A DNA stretch of 64,000 nt, from assembly GCF_032444005.1 (NCBI RefSeq), contig NC_091284.1:277140001-277204000 (forward strand), read 5' to 3'. Made by a program: the position numbers and the translations under genes. Shown piece after piece: positions 50,004 to 62,164 of this stretch (its first letter is position 1; each line of letters begins with the position of its first letter). The notes under the pieces were generated by a model that was not told the origin of the DNA, did not search any database, and was given only the letters and a program-made list of their open reading frames with translations. This stretch comes from Ranitomeya imitator. Its lineage: Eukaryota.

Positions 50004-50258
50004 TAGCGATGAGCGAATATACTCGTTACTCGGGATTTCTCGAGCACGCACGGGGTCCTACGAGTATTTTTTAGTGCTCGGAGATTTAGTTTTCATTGCC
50101 GCAGCTGAATAATTCACATCTGTTAGCCAACATAAGTACATGTGGGGGTTGCCTGGTTGCTAGGGAATCCCCACATGTACTTATGCTAAAAAATACTCGG
50201 AGGACCCCCCGAGCGTGCTCGGGAAATCTCGAGTAATGAGTATATTCGCTCATCACTA
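50004..50258. mobile_element. hAT-type MITE
   Basis: TIR TAGCGATGAGCGAATATACTC / GAGTATATTCGCTCATCACTA; 8-bp TSD ATCAGTAC/ATCAGTAG. Confidence 0.85.
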
Positions 50259-51611
50259 ATCAGTAGAGATTTCCCTGATAAGTTATCATATGAAGTTGCT
50301 TATTTTCATGAGCACTACTAATTTATGAAATAAAAAATAAAAATATGCTTACTCATAAATGAATTTTAGTCTCCAGAAAATGACCTCAAGTGTGATGTAT
50401 GACATTTTAATAGTTGATGAAGACTTGGCACAGGCCAAAATGTGTCCTATTACTGTAAGGAGACGGAATGCGGACAATAAGAGACACTGCACTGAAGGAA
50501 TAAGAGTGCTGGGAATTCTTCATCCCTCCCTCATCGAGCAGCATTAAACAGTGATTCATATACATATACTGATTAGTAAGAGAACACCCCTTTCCATGTT
50601 TAAGGGTTCCACAAATTTAAAAAAGAATGGTCAGAGGTTTTTTTCACAATACATCTAAGGGCTGGGTCAGGTACCGCAGCTCATTGCAATTTACTTGAAA
50701 ACAGGACACGAGCTATGTACAAAAATGGGGATTTCATCAAAAATAGCTTACTAAACACAATAGGATATTACAATGACAGCTTTTTAGTCAAACTCTTTTC
50801 CTAAATATGTACCACACTGCTCATGCTGTACATAATGCGGGGACCTGTCAGCAGAAACAAACAGTGTTTACCTGAAGCTGTAATGGTAACGTGCACATAC
50901 GTATCATTACAAACATGTTCCATACTATAATTGGAAGTGCAGCTGCAGGGAGAAAGTGGTGTTATATTCTCCCTGCAGCTGCTCGCTTCCACTCGTCCAG
51001 CGCCAAGCCAGCGGTCTACATAATGGCCGCACTGTACTCAGCCACTCTGCTCTGGACACCAGCACCACAGGATGTCAGTCATGGAGCAGTCACTACTGAA
51101 CTATCAACACATTATTATTGTCAACACAGTTTTTCTTCTTTTGCAGGACAAGTTGTATTTTTCAGTGGCACTACTCAATTTACCATATAATGTACTAGAA
51201 AATGGGAAAAAAAATAGAAAAGTGAAATAGTGAAAACAAAACACAATTCCACTTTTTTTCTTTTTTACAGTTATCATTGTGTAATAAAAATGACCTGCAA
51301 CACAAGTTCCCAATGATTATAAAGCACGGCAGAATATCTTGCCATAATATAAGCCTTCATAATAAGTATTATAATACAATGGCAAATTTCTTCTGTTCTG
51401 CGGTAACTATAAGGCCTCATTCGCCTTCTATTACATATATTCTATACTCTTTTCACATTTTTTTGTAGACTATTGATCCAAGAACAAAGCCATAACATGT
51501 TTATGTTGGGTCCTCCTGCGTCCCCTCCTGCCCGCCGGCTTCTTCATCCGGTAAGAAAATGGCGGGCGCATGAGCAGTGCGCCACCATGATCTGCCGGTC
51601 GGCAGCTGGAG

Positions 51612-52333
51612 GAGTTGGGGCTAAATTTAGAGTTAGGGTTGGGGCTAAATTTAGGGTTAGGGTTGGGGCTAAATTTAGGGTTAGGGTTGGGTTGGGGCTA
51701 AATTTAGGTTTAGGGTTGGGGCTAAATTTAGGGTTAGGGTTAAATTTAGGGTTAGGGTTGGGGCTAAATTTATGGTTAGGGTTGGGGCTAAATTTAAGTT
51801 AGGGTTAGGGTTGGGGCTAAATTTAGGGTTAGGGTTGGGGCTAAATTTAGGGTTAGGGTTGGAGCTAAATTTAGGGTTAGTATTAGGATTCTTTCACACT
51901 TGCGTCGGTACGGGGCCATCGCAATGCGTCGGCCCGACTTACCGATGCACGTTGTGAAAATTGTGCACGTGGGCAGCGGATGCAGTTTTTCAACGCATCC
52001 GCTGCCCAGTCTATGTTCAGGGGAGGAGGGGGCGGAGTTACGGCCACGCATGCGTAGTCGGAAATGGCGGACGCGACGTACAAAAAAAAAGTTGATTGAA
52101 CTTTTTTTGTGACGACGGTCCGCCAAAACACAACGGATCCAGTACACGACGGACGCGACGTGTGGCCATCCGTCGCGATCCGTCGGCAATACAAGTCTAT
52201 GGGCAAAAAACGCATCCTGCGGGCACATTTCCAGGATCCGTATTTTGCCCAAAACAACGGATTGCAACGGATGCCCCACGATGCAAGTGTGAAAGCCACA
52301 GGGCTAGGGTTGGGGCTAAAGTTAGGGCTAGGC
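51612..52333 (+). repeat. Telomere-like array (GGGGCTAAATTTAGGGTTAGGGTT)n, split by a Harbinger-type MITE (51886 to about 52298)
   Basis: Direct reading; the MITE starts after TTA with GGATTCTTTCACACTTGCGTC. Confidence 0.85.
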
Positions 52334-53151
52334 TGTTATGATCAGGTGACCTTGGAGCAGCATGAAAACTTTCACTGGAGTAGGTGGTAACTATACTGAC
52401 CGCAAACCCTGATCTTATCAATGCAACTAGAAGTAGCCGTGGGGTGTGCCTAACAAAACCTAGACACCTCGACACAGCCGGAGGACTAAATACCCCTATA
52501 TATGGAAATAGGAATTTCTACCTTGCCTCAGAGCAGAACCCCAAAGAACCCCACAATTATTGACTGTGAGTAGTATAGGAAAAGACACACGTAGGCAGAA
52601 AACAGGATTTAGCAAATGAGGCACACACTAGTTAAATAGGAAAGGATAGGACAGGATACTAAGCGGTCAGTATTAAAAATCTTTCCAAAAAATATCCACA
52701 GCAGAAAATACAAAAACTTCACCATCTAACTAAAGATGTGGAGCGTATATCTGCATCTCCAGAGAATCCAACAAGACCGAGAAAACACTGACACAGTCTA
52801 AGCTGGACAAGAGAAAAACAAATGAATAGCACAGAATATAAGCACACTGCATGTGTGCCACAGAAAAAAAAAACAGACACTTATCTTTGCTGAATTGACA
52901 GCTGAGCAGGAGAAGCCAGAAAGTGATCCAACACTTCAGAAGAAACATTGACAACTGGCAAGGACTAATGAATCCTGCACACCTAAATATCCCAGTCAGA
53001 ACTGCAATCAGTAGATACACCTGGCCAGGACTGTGACTCAGAGACAATTGCATTCCCACCTACAACCAATGGAGGGAACCCAAGAGCAGAATTCACAACA
53101 GTACCCCCCCCCCCCTTGAGGAGGGGTCACCGAACCCTCACCAGGGCCTCC

Positions 53152-55154
53152 AGGACGATCAGGATGAGCCAGATGAAAGGCACGGACCAAATCAGCAGCA
53201 TGGACATCAGAGGCAACAACCCAAGAATTATCCTCCTGGCCATAACCCTTCCATTTGACAAGGTACTGAAGCCTCCGCCTCGAAAAACGAGAATCCAAAA
53301 TCTTCTCAACCACATACCAACTCACCATCAACCAACACAGGGGCCGGAGGATCAACAGAGGGAACAACGGGCACCACATATTTCCGCAATAAAGATCTAT
53401 GGAAGACATTATGGATAGCAAAAGAGGCCGGAAGCGCCAAACGAAAAGACACCAGATTAATAATCTCAGAAATCTTATAAGGACCAATAAACCGAGGCTT
53501 AAACTTAAGGTACCGTCACACTAAGCAACGCTGCAGCGATACCGACAACAATCCGGATCGCTGCAGCGTCGCTGTTTGGTCGCTGGAGAGCTGTCACACA
53601 GACGTCACCGCTCTGGTTTCCGGCCGCTGTGCTTACACAGGGCAGAGAAGCAGAGCGCCAAGGGACAGACAGCAGAAGGTAAGTATGTAGTGTTTTTTTT
53701 TTTTTTTACTTTTACGCTGGTAACCAGGGTAAACATCGGGTTACTAAGTGCGACCCTGCGCTTAGTAACCCGATGTTTACCCTGGTTACCAGCGAAGACA
53801 TCGCTGAATCTGCGTCACACACGCCGATTCAGCGATGTCAGCAGGAAGTCCAGCGACGAAATAAAGTGCTGGACTTTCTGCAGCGACCAACGACATCACA
53901 GCAGGATTCTGATCGCTGCCATGTGTCAAACTGAACGATATCGCTAGCCAGGACGCTGCAACGTCACGGATCGCTAGCGATATCGTTCAGTGTGACGGTA
54001 CCTTTAGGGGAAGAAACCTTCATAGGAACATGACGGGAAGACAACCAGACCAGATCCACAACCCGAAGCCGGGAACCAACACACCGACGACGGTTAGCAA
54101 AACGTTGAGCCTCCTCCTGAGACAACACCAAATTGTCCACCACATGAGCCCAAATCTGCTGCAACCTGTCAACCACAGAATCCACACCAGGACAGTCAGA
54201 AGGCTCAACCTGCCCAGAAGAAAAACGAGGATGAAAACCAAAATTACAAAAGAAATGCGGAACCAAAGTAGCCGAACTAGCCCGATTATTAAGGGCAAAC
54301 TCGGCCAATGGCAAGAAGGCCACCCAATCATCCTGATCAGCAGACACAAAGCATCTCAAATAAGTTTCCAAAGTCTGATTAGTTCGCTCGGTCTGGCCAT
54401 TTGTCTGAGGATGAAATGCAGAAGAAAAAGACAAATCAATGCCCAGCCTAGCACAAAAGGCCCGCCAAAACCTAGAAACAAACTAGGAACCTCTCTCGGT
54501 CACAATATTCTCCGGAATCCCATGCAAACGAACCACATGCTGAAAAAACAACGGAACCAAATCCGAAGAGGAAGGTAATTTAGGCAAAGGCACCAAATGA
54601 ACCATCTTAGAGAACCGGTCACAAACAACCCAGATAACAGACATTTTCTGGAAGACCGGAAGATCAGAAATAAAATCCATCGAAATATGCGTCCAGGGCC
54701 TCTCAGGGACTGGCAATGGCAAAAGCAACCCACTAGCACGGGAACAACAAGGCTTGGCCCACGCACAAGTCCCACAGGACTGCACAAAAAAACGCACATC
54801 ACGCGACAAAGAAGGCCACCAAAAGGACCTACCAACCAAGTCTCTGGTACCAAAAATGCCAGGATGACCAGACAACACGGAACAGTGAACCTCAGAAATC
54901 AGTCTACTAGTCCATCTGTCAGGAACAAACAGTTTCCCCACAGGACAGCAGTCAGGTTTGTCAGCCTGAAATTCCTGAAGAACCCGTCGTAAATCAGGGG
55001 AAATGGCAGAAAGGACCACCCCTTCTTTCAGAATACCGACCGGTTCTAAGACCTCAGGAGAATCAGGCAAAAAACTTCTAGAGAGGGCATCAGCCTTAAT
55101 ATTCTTAGAACCCGGAAGGTACGAGACCACGAAATCAAAACGGGAAAAAAACAA
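53152..55154 (-). pseudogene. Gypsy integrase and C-terminal chromodomain (53152-53316) remnant
   Basis: HHCC (VHCSVLSGHPG...CGTC), ISMDFISDLP, FHPQTNGQTERTNQ; chromodomain YVVEKILDSR..QYLVKWKGY..NSW. Confidence 0.9.
53508..54003. mobile_element. Harbinger-type MITE inserted in the Gypsy integrase region
   Basis: TIR AGGTACCGTCACAC / GTGTGACGGTACCT; TTA TSD. Confidence 0.88.
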
Positions 55155-55160
55155 GGACCA

Positions 55161-56556
55161 TCAAGCCTGTCTAGGATTCAGCCGTTTGGCAGACTCGAGG
55201 TAAATTAGATTCTTATGATCGGTCAAGACCACAATACGGTGCTTAGCGCCCTCAAGCCAATGTCGCCACTCCGCAAACGCCCACTTCATAGCCAACAACT
55301 CCCGATTGCCGACATCATAATTGCGTTCAGCAGGCGAAAACTTACGGGACAAGAAGGCACACGGTTTCATCAAGGAACCAACAGAATTCCTCTGAGACAA
55401 AACGGCCCCTGCCCCAATCTCAGAAGCGTCAACCTCAACCTGAAATGGAAGAGAAACATCCGGTTGGCGCAACACCGGAGCAGAAGTAAATCGACGTTTA
55501 AGCTCCTAAAAGGTAGAGACAGCCGCAGAGGACCAATTCGCCACATCAGCACCTTTCTTCATCAAATCGGTCAAGGGTTTAACCACACAGGAAAAATTAG
55601 CAATGAAACGGCGATAAAAATTTGCAAAACCCAAAAATTTCTGAAGGTTCTTCACGGATGTGGGCTGAATCCAATCATGAATGGCCTGAACCTTAACCGG
55701 ATCCATCTCTATAGACGAGGGAGAAAAAATAAAGCCCAAAAAAGAAACCTTCTGCACCCCAAAGAGACACTTAGACCCTTTTCACAAACAAAGCATTGTC
55801 ACGAAGGATCTGAAATACCATCCTGACCTGTTGCACATGAGACTCCCAATCATCTGAAAAAATAAAAATATCGTCCAAATATATAATCAAGAATTTATCA
55901 AGATAAGTCCGGAAGATATCATGCATGAAGGACTGAAAAACAGATGGAGCATTAGAGAGTCCGAATGGCATCACAAGGTATTCAAAATGGCCTTCAGGCG
56001 TGTTAAACGCAGTTTTCCATTCATCACCCTGCTTAATACGAACAAGATTATATGCCCCCCGAAGGTCAATCTTAGTAAACCAACTAGCTCCCTTAATCCT
56101 AGCAAACAAATCGGAAGCAAAGGTAAAGGGTATTGAAACTTGACCGTGATCTTATTCAAGAGGCGATAATCAATACAGGGTCTCAAGGAACCATTTTTTT
56201 AGCAACAAAAAAGATCCCAACGGTGAAGAAGATGGCCGAATATGCCCTTTCTCCAAAGACTCCTTAATATAGCTCCGCATGGCAGTATGTTCAGGCACAG
56301 ACAGGTTGAAAAGTCGACCCTTAGGAAACTTACAGCCTGGAATCAAGTCAATAGCACAATCGCAGTCCCTGTGCGGTGGAAGGAAACTGGACTTGGGCTC
56401 ATCGAATACATCCTGAAAATCAGACAAAAACTCTGGAATTTCAGAAGAGGAAGAAGAGGAGATTGACATCAAAGGAACATCATTATGAACCCCCTGACAA
56501 CCCCAACTAGTCACAGACATGGACTTCCAATCCAACAAAGGATTATGTACCTTCAA
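55161..56556 (-). pseudogene. Gypsy reverse transcriptase and RNase H remnant
   Basis: [47 protein letters not shown] and [10 protein letters not shown], spread over several frames. Confidence 0.92.
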
Positions 56557-57690
56557 CCTAGCACGATAGCATCATGCAAATTATGCAACACCAGAAATCG
56601 ACAATCTTCCTGATGGACTGGCGCCATGCGCATGGTAACCTGTGTCCAAAACTGGGGTTTATTTTTAGCCAAGGGTGTAGCATCAATGCCCCTTAAAGGA
56701 ATAGGGTTCTGCAAAGGCTGCAAGGGAAAACCACAACGCTTGGCAAACTCAAAGTCCATTAAGTTTAAGGCGACGCCTGAATCCACAAACGCCATGACAG
56801 AAAATGATGACAATGAGCAGATCAAGGACACAGATAATAAAAATTTAGGTTGTACAGTACTGATAGTAATTGAACTGGCGATCCTCTTTGTCTGCTTAGG
56901 ACAGACAGAAATGACATGAGAAGCATCGCCACAATAATAACACAACCTATTCTGACGTCTGAAACCTTGTCGTTCCGTTCTAGACAGAATCCTATCACAC
57001 TGCATTGGCTCAGGAATTTGCTCTGAGGATAACGCCACAGCACGCACAGTTCTGCGCTCCCGCAAGCGCCGGTCAATCTGAATGGCCAGAGACATAGAAT
57101 CACTCAGACCGGAAGGCGTGGGAAACCCCACCATAACATCTTTAACGGATTCAGAAAGACCCTTTCTGAAAATTGCCGCCAAAGCATCATAATTCCATTT
57201 AGTCAACACCGACCATTTTCTGAATTTATGACAATACAATTCTGCCGCCTCTTGACCCTGAAACAGGGCCAACAAGGTCTTCTCAGCTTGATCCACAGAA
57301 TTAGGTTCATCATATAACAATCCCAAGGCCTGAAAAAAGGAGTCTACATCAAGCAAAGCCAAATTCCCAGATTCCAGGGAAAATGCCCAATCCTGCGGAT
57401 CGCCACGCAGCAGGGAAATGACAATTTTTACTCGCTGAATGGAATCACCGGAGGATCAAGGTCTCAAAGCAAAAAACAGTTTACAGCTGTTTTTAAAATT
57501 TGGACCTGTCACCAAAAAACAAATCAGGAGTAGGAATCTTCGGTTCTAAAACAGGATTCTGAACAATATAATCAGAAATACCCTGTACCCGAGCAGCAAG
57601 CTGGTCTACACGAGAAGCTAATTCCTGAACACTCATGCTAGCACAAGGCTCTTCAGCAACCCAGAGATAAAGAGGGAGAAGACAAAGTAG
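56553..57690 (-). pseudogene. Gypsy gag and protease remnant
   Basis: Retrotrans_gag-like segment, zinc knuckle CYYCGDASHVISVC, protease motif FVDSG; frameshifted. Confidence 0.88.
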
Positions 57691-57934
57691 ACTGAAGAAA
57701 AAAAAATGGCTCAAGACCTTTATTCCCTTCTTCTGAGATGCATTTAACTCATTATGGGCCAGTTGTACTGTTATGATCAGGTGACCTTGGAGCAGCATGA
57801 AAACTTTCACTGGAGTAGGTGGTAACTATACTGACCGCAAACCCTGATCTTATCACCGCAACTAGAAGTAGCCGTGGGGTGTGCCTAACAAAACCTAGAC
57901 ACCTCGACACAGCCGGAGGACTAAATACCCCTAT

Positions 57935-58570
57935 TGTTATGACCTGGTCGTTAGGACAATAATGGACCAGGTGGTTAAGAGCACACGGAATGACCTGATA
58001 GTTACTAATAATATAGGACGAGCTCTGAGACGTGGGAACTCTGCTGACCGCAATCCCTAATCCTATCACACACACTAGAAATAGCCGTGGATTGCTCCTA
58101 GCGCTCCCTATGCAACTCGACACAGCCTAAGAAACTAGCTAGCCCTGAAGATAGAAAAATAAAGCCTACCTTGCCTCAGAGAAATTCCCCAAAGGAAAAG
58201 GCAGCCCCCCACATATAATGACTGTGAGTAAAGATGAAAATTACAAACACAGGGATGAAATAGATTTAGCAAAGTGAGGCCCGACTTACTGAACAGACTG
58301 AGGATAGGAAAGGCAACTTTGCGGTCAGCACAAAAAACTACAAAAGACCACGCAGAGGGCGCAAAAAGACCCTCCGCACCGACTCACGGTGCGGAGGCGC
58401 TCCCTCTGCGTCCCAGAGCTTCCAGCAAGCAAGACAAAAATCAAAATAGCAAGCTGGACAGAAAAACAGCAAACAAAGAAAAACAAGCAGGAACTTAGCT
58501 TCTGCTGGGAAGACAGGTCACAAGAACGATCCAGGAGTGAACAAGACCAATACTGGAACACTGACAGGTG
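57935..58570 (-). mobile_element. Second Gypsy LTR (partial) inserted into the 5' LTR of the first element
   Basis: Starts TGTTATGACC; reverse-complement homolog of about 58754-59388. Confidence 0.8.
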
Positions 58571-59965
58571 TGTTGTGAATTCTGTGGCAGAGCTCCCTCC
58601 TGTGGTCACAAGTGGTACTTCGGCTGATTCTGTCTATGAGCTTCCGTTGGTGGAGGTGAGTGGTACTGCGGCTTCTGAGTTTCCTTCCTCAGGTGATGTG
58701 GTGAAGTCGTTAGGTGCTGCTCTATTTAACTCCACCTAGTGCTTTGCTCCTGGCCTCCAGTCAATGTTCTAGTATTGGTCTTGCTTCCTCCTGGATCGTT
58801 CCTGTGGCCTGTCTGCTCTGCATAAGCTAAGTTTTGCTTGTGTTATTTTTGTTTGCTATTTTTTCTGTCCAGCTTGCTTAATTGGTTTTTCTTGCTTGCT
58901 GGAAGCTCTGGGACGCAGAGGGAGCACCTCCGTACCGTTAGTCGGTGCGGAGGGTCTTTTTGCCCCCTCTGCGTGGTTGTTTGTAGGGTTTTGTGTTGAC
59001 CGCAAAGTTATCTTTCCTATCTTCGGTCTGTTCAGTAAGTTGGGCCTCACTTTGCTAAATCTATTTCATCTCTGCGTTTGTATTTTCATCTCTACTCACA
59101 GTCATTACATGTGGGGGGCTGCCTTATCCTTTGGGGTATTTCTCTGAGGCAAGGTAGGCTTATTTTTCTATCTTAGGCCTAGCTAGTTTCTCAGGCTGTG
59201 CCGAGTTGCATAGGGAGCGTTAGGCGCAATCCACGGCTGCCTCTAGTGTGGTTGGATAGGATTAGGGATTGCGGTCAGCAGAGTTCCCACGTCTCAGAGC
59301 TCGTCCTAAGTCTTTTGGTTATTGTCAGGTCACTTGTGTGCTCTGAACTTAAAGGTCCATTGTGGTTCTGAATTACCTAATCATAACAGTACTGGAGGCC
59401 CAAAGTACTAATGCTTCTCAATAGAGGGAAAAAAGACCATTTTTTTTTCTTTGCACTGTGTTTTGCCTTTTTTTTCCCCTAGACATTTGGGTGGTTCAGG
59501 ACACAGGTGTAGTGATGGACATTAAAGGTCTGTCTTCATATGTGGATCATCTCACTGCAAGAGTACAAAATATTCAAGACTTTGTGGTTCAGAATTCTAT
59601 GTTAGAACCAAGAATTCCTATTCCTGATTTGTTTTCTGGAGATAGAGCTAAATTTCTGAGTTTCAAAAATAATTGTAAACTGTTTCTGGCTTTGAAACCC
59701 CGCTCCTCTGGTGACCCAGTTCAACAAGTTAAGATCATTATTTCTTTATTACGTGGCGACCCTCAAGACTGGGCATTTTCCCTTGCGCCAGGAGATCCTG
59801 CATTATGTAATATTGATGCGTTTTTCCTGGCGCTCGGATTGCTGTACGATGAACAAAATTCGGTGGATCAGGCAGAGAAAAATTTGCTGGCTCTGTGTCA
59901 GGGTCAGGATGAGATAGAGATTTATTGTCAGAAGTTTAGAAAGTGGTCCGTGCTCACTCAATGGA
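58571..59965 (+). mobile_element. Third Gypsy element: full 5' LTR (58571-59388), leader and truncated gag
   Basis: TGTTG...TAACA; ORF 59458..59988 is homologous to gag of the first element (LEPRIPIPDLFSGDRAKF); homology ends near 59965. Confidence 0.88.
58723..58729 (+). promoter_or_regulatory. Putative LTR TATA box (TATTTAA)
   Basis: 29 nt upstream of the PBS-complementary segment; equivalent TATTTAG at 52989-52983 (minus strand) in the first element. Confidence 0.55.
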
Positions 59966-60425
59966 ATCATTTTGCAATTTCTGGTTGAACTTCCCTCCAC
60001 TTCCCAATTTCCCTATTGGTTTAGGTGTTTCTGTGGTTTAGGTGCTCCCTAAGTACCGTAATTGGCATCCATTTTGGGTCTTTAGAAACCCATCTGTTGT
60101 CATGTTTGCACATTTGTTTTTTTCACTTGATAAAGATGCAGGTATGGCGTTGAAACCCGTTATGAATAAAACACCTTATTCTTATCATGATTTCTGACTA
60201 CCGTAAATGATTTACTCCAGCAGCTATGCCCACCTATGTGTTCATCCAATTACACCCACTAAATGAACTTGGGCATACAAATCATCAAGATCCACTGCTG
60301 GCAGATACTCTTTGCAACTGCCCACCAATGACATCCCAAATGTGTTCAATGGAAGACAAAGTATGGAAACACTAAAGGCCAAGGTAGCACATTTAGGGCA
60401 CACAGGCTGCTTATGGCAAATACAT

Positions 60426-61092
60426 TGTCACGCCGTAAGCGGCGATAAAGGGGCAGGACGGCGTACTGGGACTCGCACCTGTCCCTACCACTTTAATGGG
60501 GCCCTGGCTTTCCCTTATCTCGGGGGTACCTATGATGGTTAGGAGGCCCGAGCCGCCAGCGTATCCCTGTCTCATGTGCAGGCCCTATCAGTGGCCCCCT
60601 CTCCCCCAAAGGAGGTGGACTGCACCAGTGTAATAATACAACAAATAACAGGGTATACAGACAAGGTAACTAAAAGTCTCAAACTCACCAAATGCTCACA
60701 CAACCACAGAGGAAACAGAGAAGGGAAAATAAGGAATAAACTTAGGAAGGAAAACTGGTTTAACATGCAACCAAAACAGCAGACACCAATCTCTGTAAAT
60801 AAAGATTCAACACCAACACCATGCTCCTTCAACCTCCAAGCCAGGCAGTAGAACTGATCACTGACAATAGTTGAAGTCAGGACTGGGTCTATAAATAGGA
60901 TCAGATTACAAAATCCACTTCAGCTGAGAGAGACCCAGCTCTCAGCAACTCAGAAATAAGGTTAACTCCTGCACTGCTGGCACAAAGCAGCCAGGTCAGA
61001 ATACAGGTGAAGAGCTTCTGTTCACTGTGTGTGAACGAGGCCCAGAGCGCTGCGGTTCTCTGGAACCTCTCTGTCGCGGTAGCCCCGTGACA
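60426..61092. mobile_element. Solo LTR
   Basis: TGTCACG...CGTGACA termini; 5-bp TSD TACAT/TACTT. Confidence 0.8.
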
Positions 61093-62164
61093 TACTTTCA
61101 GCGTGGCAGAATATTGCTAAACAACCATTAATAAAGTTATTGATAGAATGCCAAGGTGTGTAAGGGCATGTATTTATGCGCAAGGCATTCATACTAGATA
61201 CAGAATAAATCGAGATGTTTTGAAAATGTTGTTTCCATTTTTTCATCATTAACATATAATTAACATGTTTATTGATCCTGTGATTTCCATAGATCCAGGA
61301 CCATTTGGCAATCTATGGAACTTCCAAACAAATTAATTTAGATTATTCATATTTTTTTATTTAAAGGGTTAGTCACAAAAAAGCAAGTTATTGACTATGC
61401 CTTGGATCAGGGATCACAGGATCAGGGCTCCTCTGCCTCTTCCATAGTAAAACAGAAGTGTGCATGCTTGACCTCTGCTCCTTTCATTGTTAATGGGACT
61501 GCTGGAAATAGCCAAGCATAGAACTCAGCTTTCTCCGGCAGTCACATGTCAATGAAAGGAGAGGAGGTTGAGAATGTGCTGTATTCAAAAAGGGATTGCA
61601 GAGCCAAATTCTACGGGACACTGGTGGTACCCTACCGATCACCAAATTACCCTTTACCCTTTGGATAGGGGATTACTTGTTTTTAAGGAACAACCGTCAG
61701 TAATGCAAATTTACTCTGCGAACATAACACCATGGTGTGGGCTAAAAATTAATTGTGACCACACAAGTACATTCTAACAAACATATTGACTCACTTTGAC
61801 ATATATACCAAAAATTCAAGGATTCAAGTACACATTTACACATTGTGACACACATTTACAGGTACATCTACATACACATCAGCACACTGCTACTTATATC
61901 TACAAACTGACACACACTGAGACACACAGATATACAGCACATTTGTCAAATGCCAACTAGATTCTCATCAGCTTCTCTGAGAGCAGATGACAATCTATTC
62001 GGCAGGTTACAGCAAGTATACAAGGAGCACACTTGGGGCCACATGACAACCCACTAACAATGCGAACAGAGGGGAATCATGACAGTGTGTGCATTGCACA
62101 CTATCAAGATTCTGCACTATGCAGTCACATGGACATCAAGCTGACAAGCAGAATAAAGTTAATA

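Larger units (their letters stand above)
52334..57934 (-). mobile_element. Gypsy/Ty3 chromovirus (Sushi/Tf1-like) LTR retrotransposon, decayed
   Basis: 3' LTR 52334-53100 (TG..CA); poly-G PPT at 53101-53116; 5' LTR 57769-57934 interrupted; domain order gag-PR-RT-RH-IN-chromo. Confidence 0.93.
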
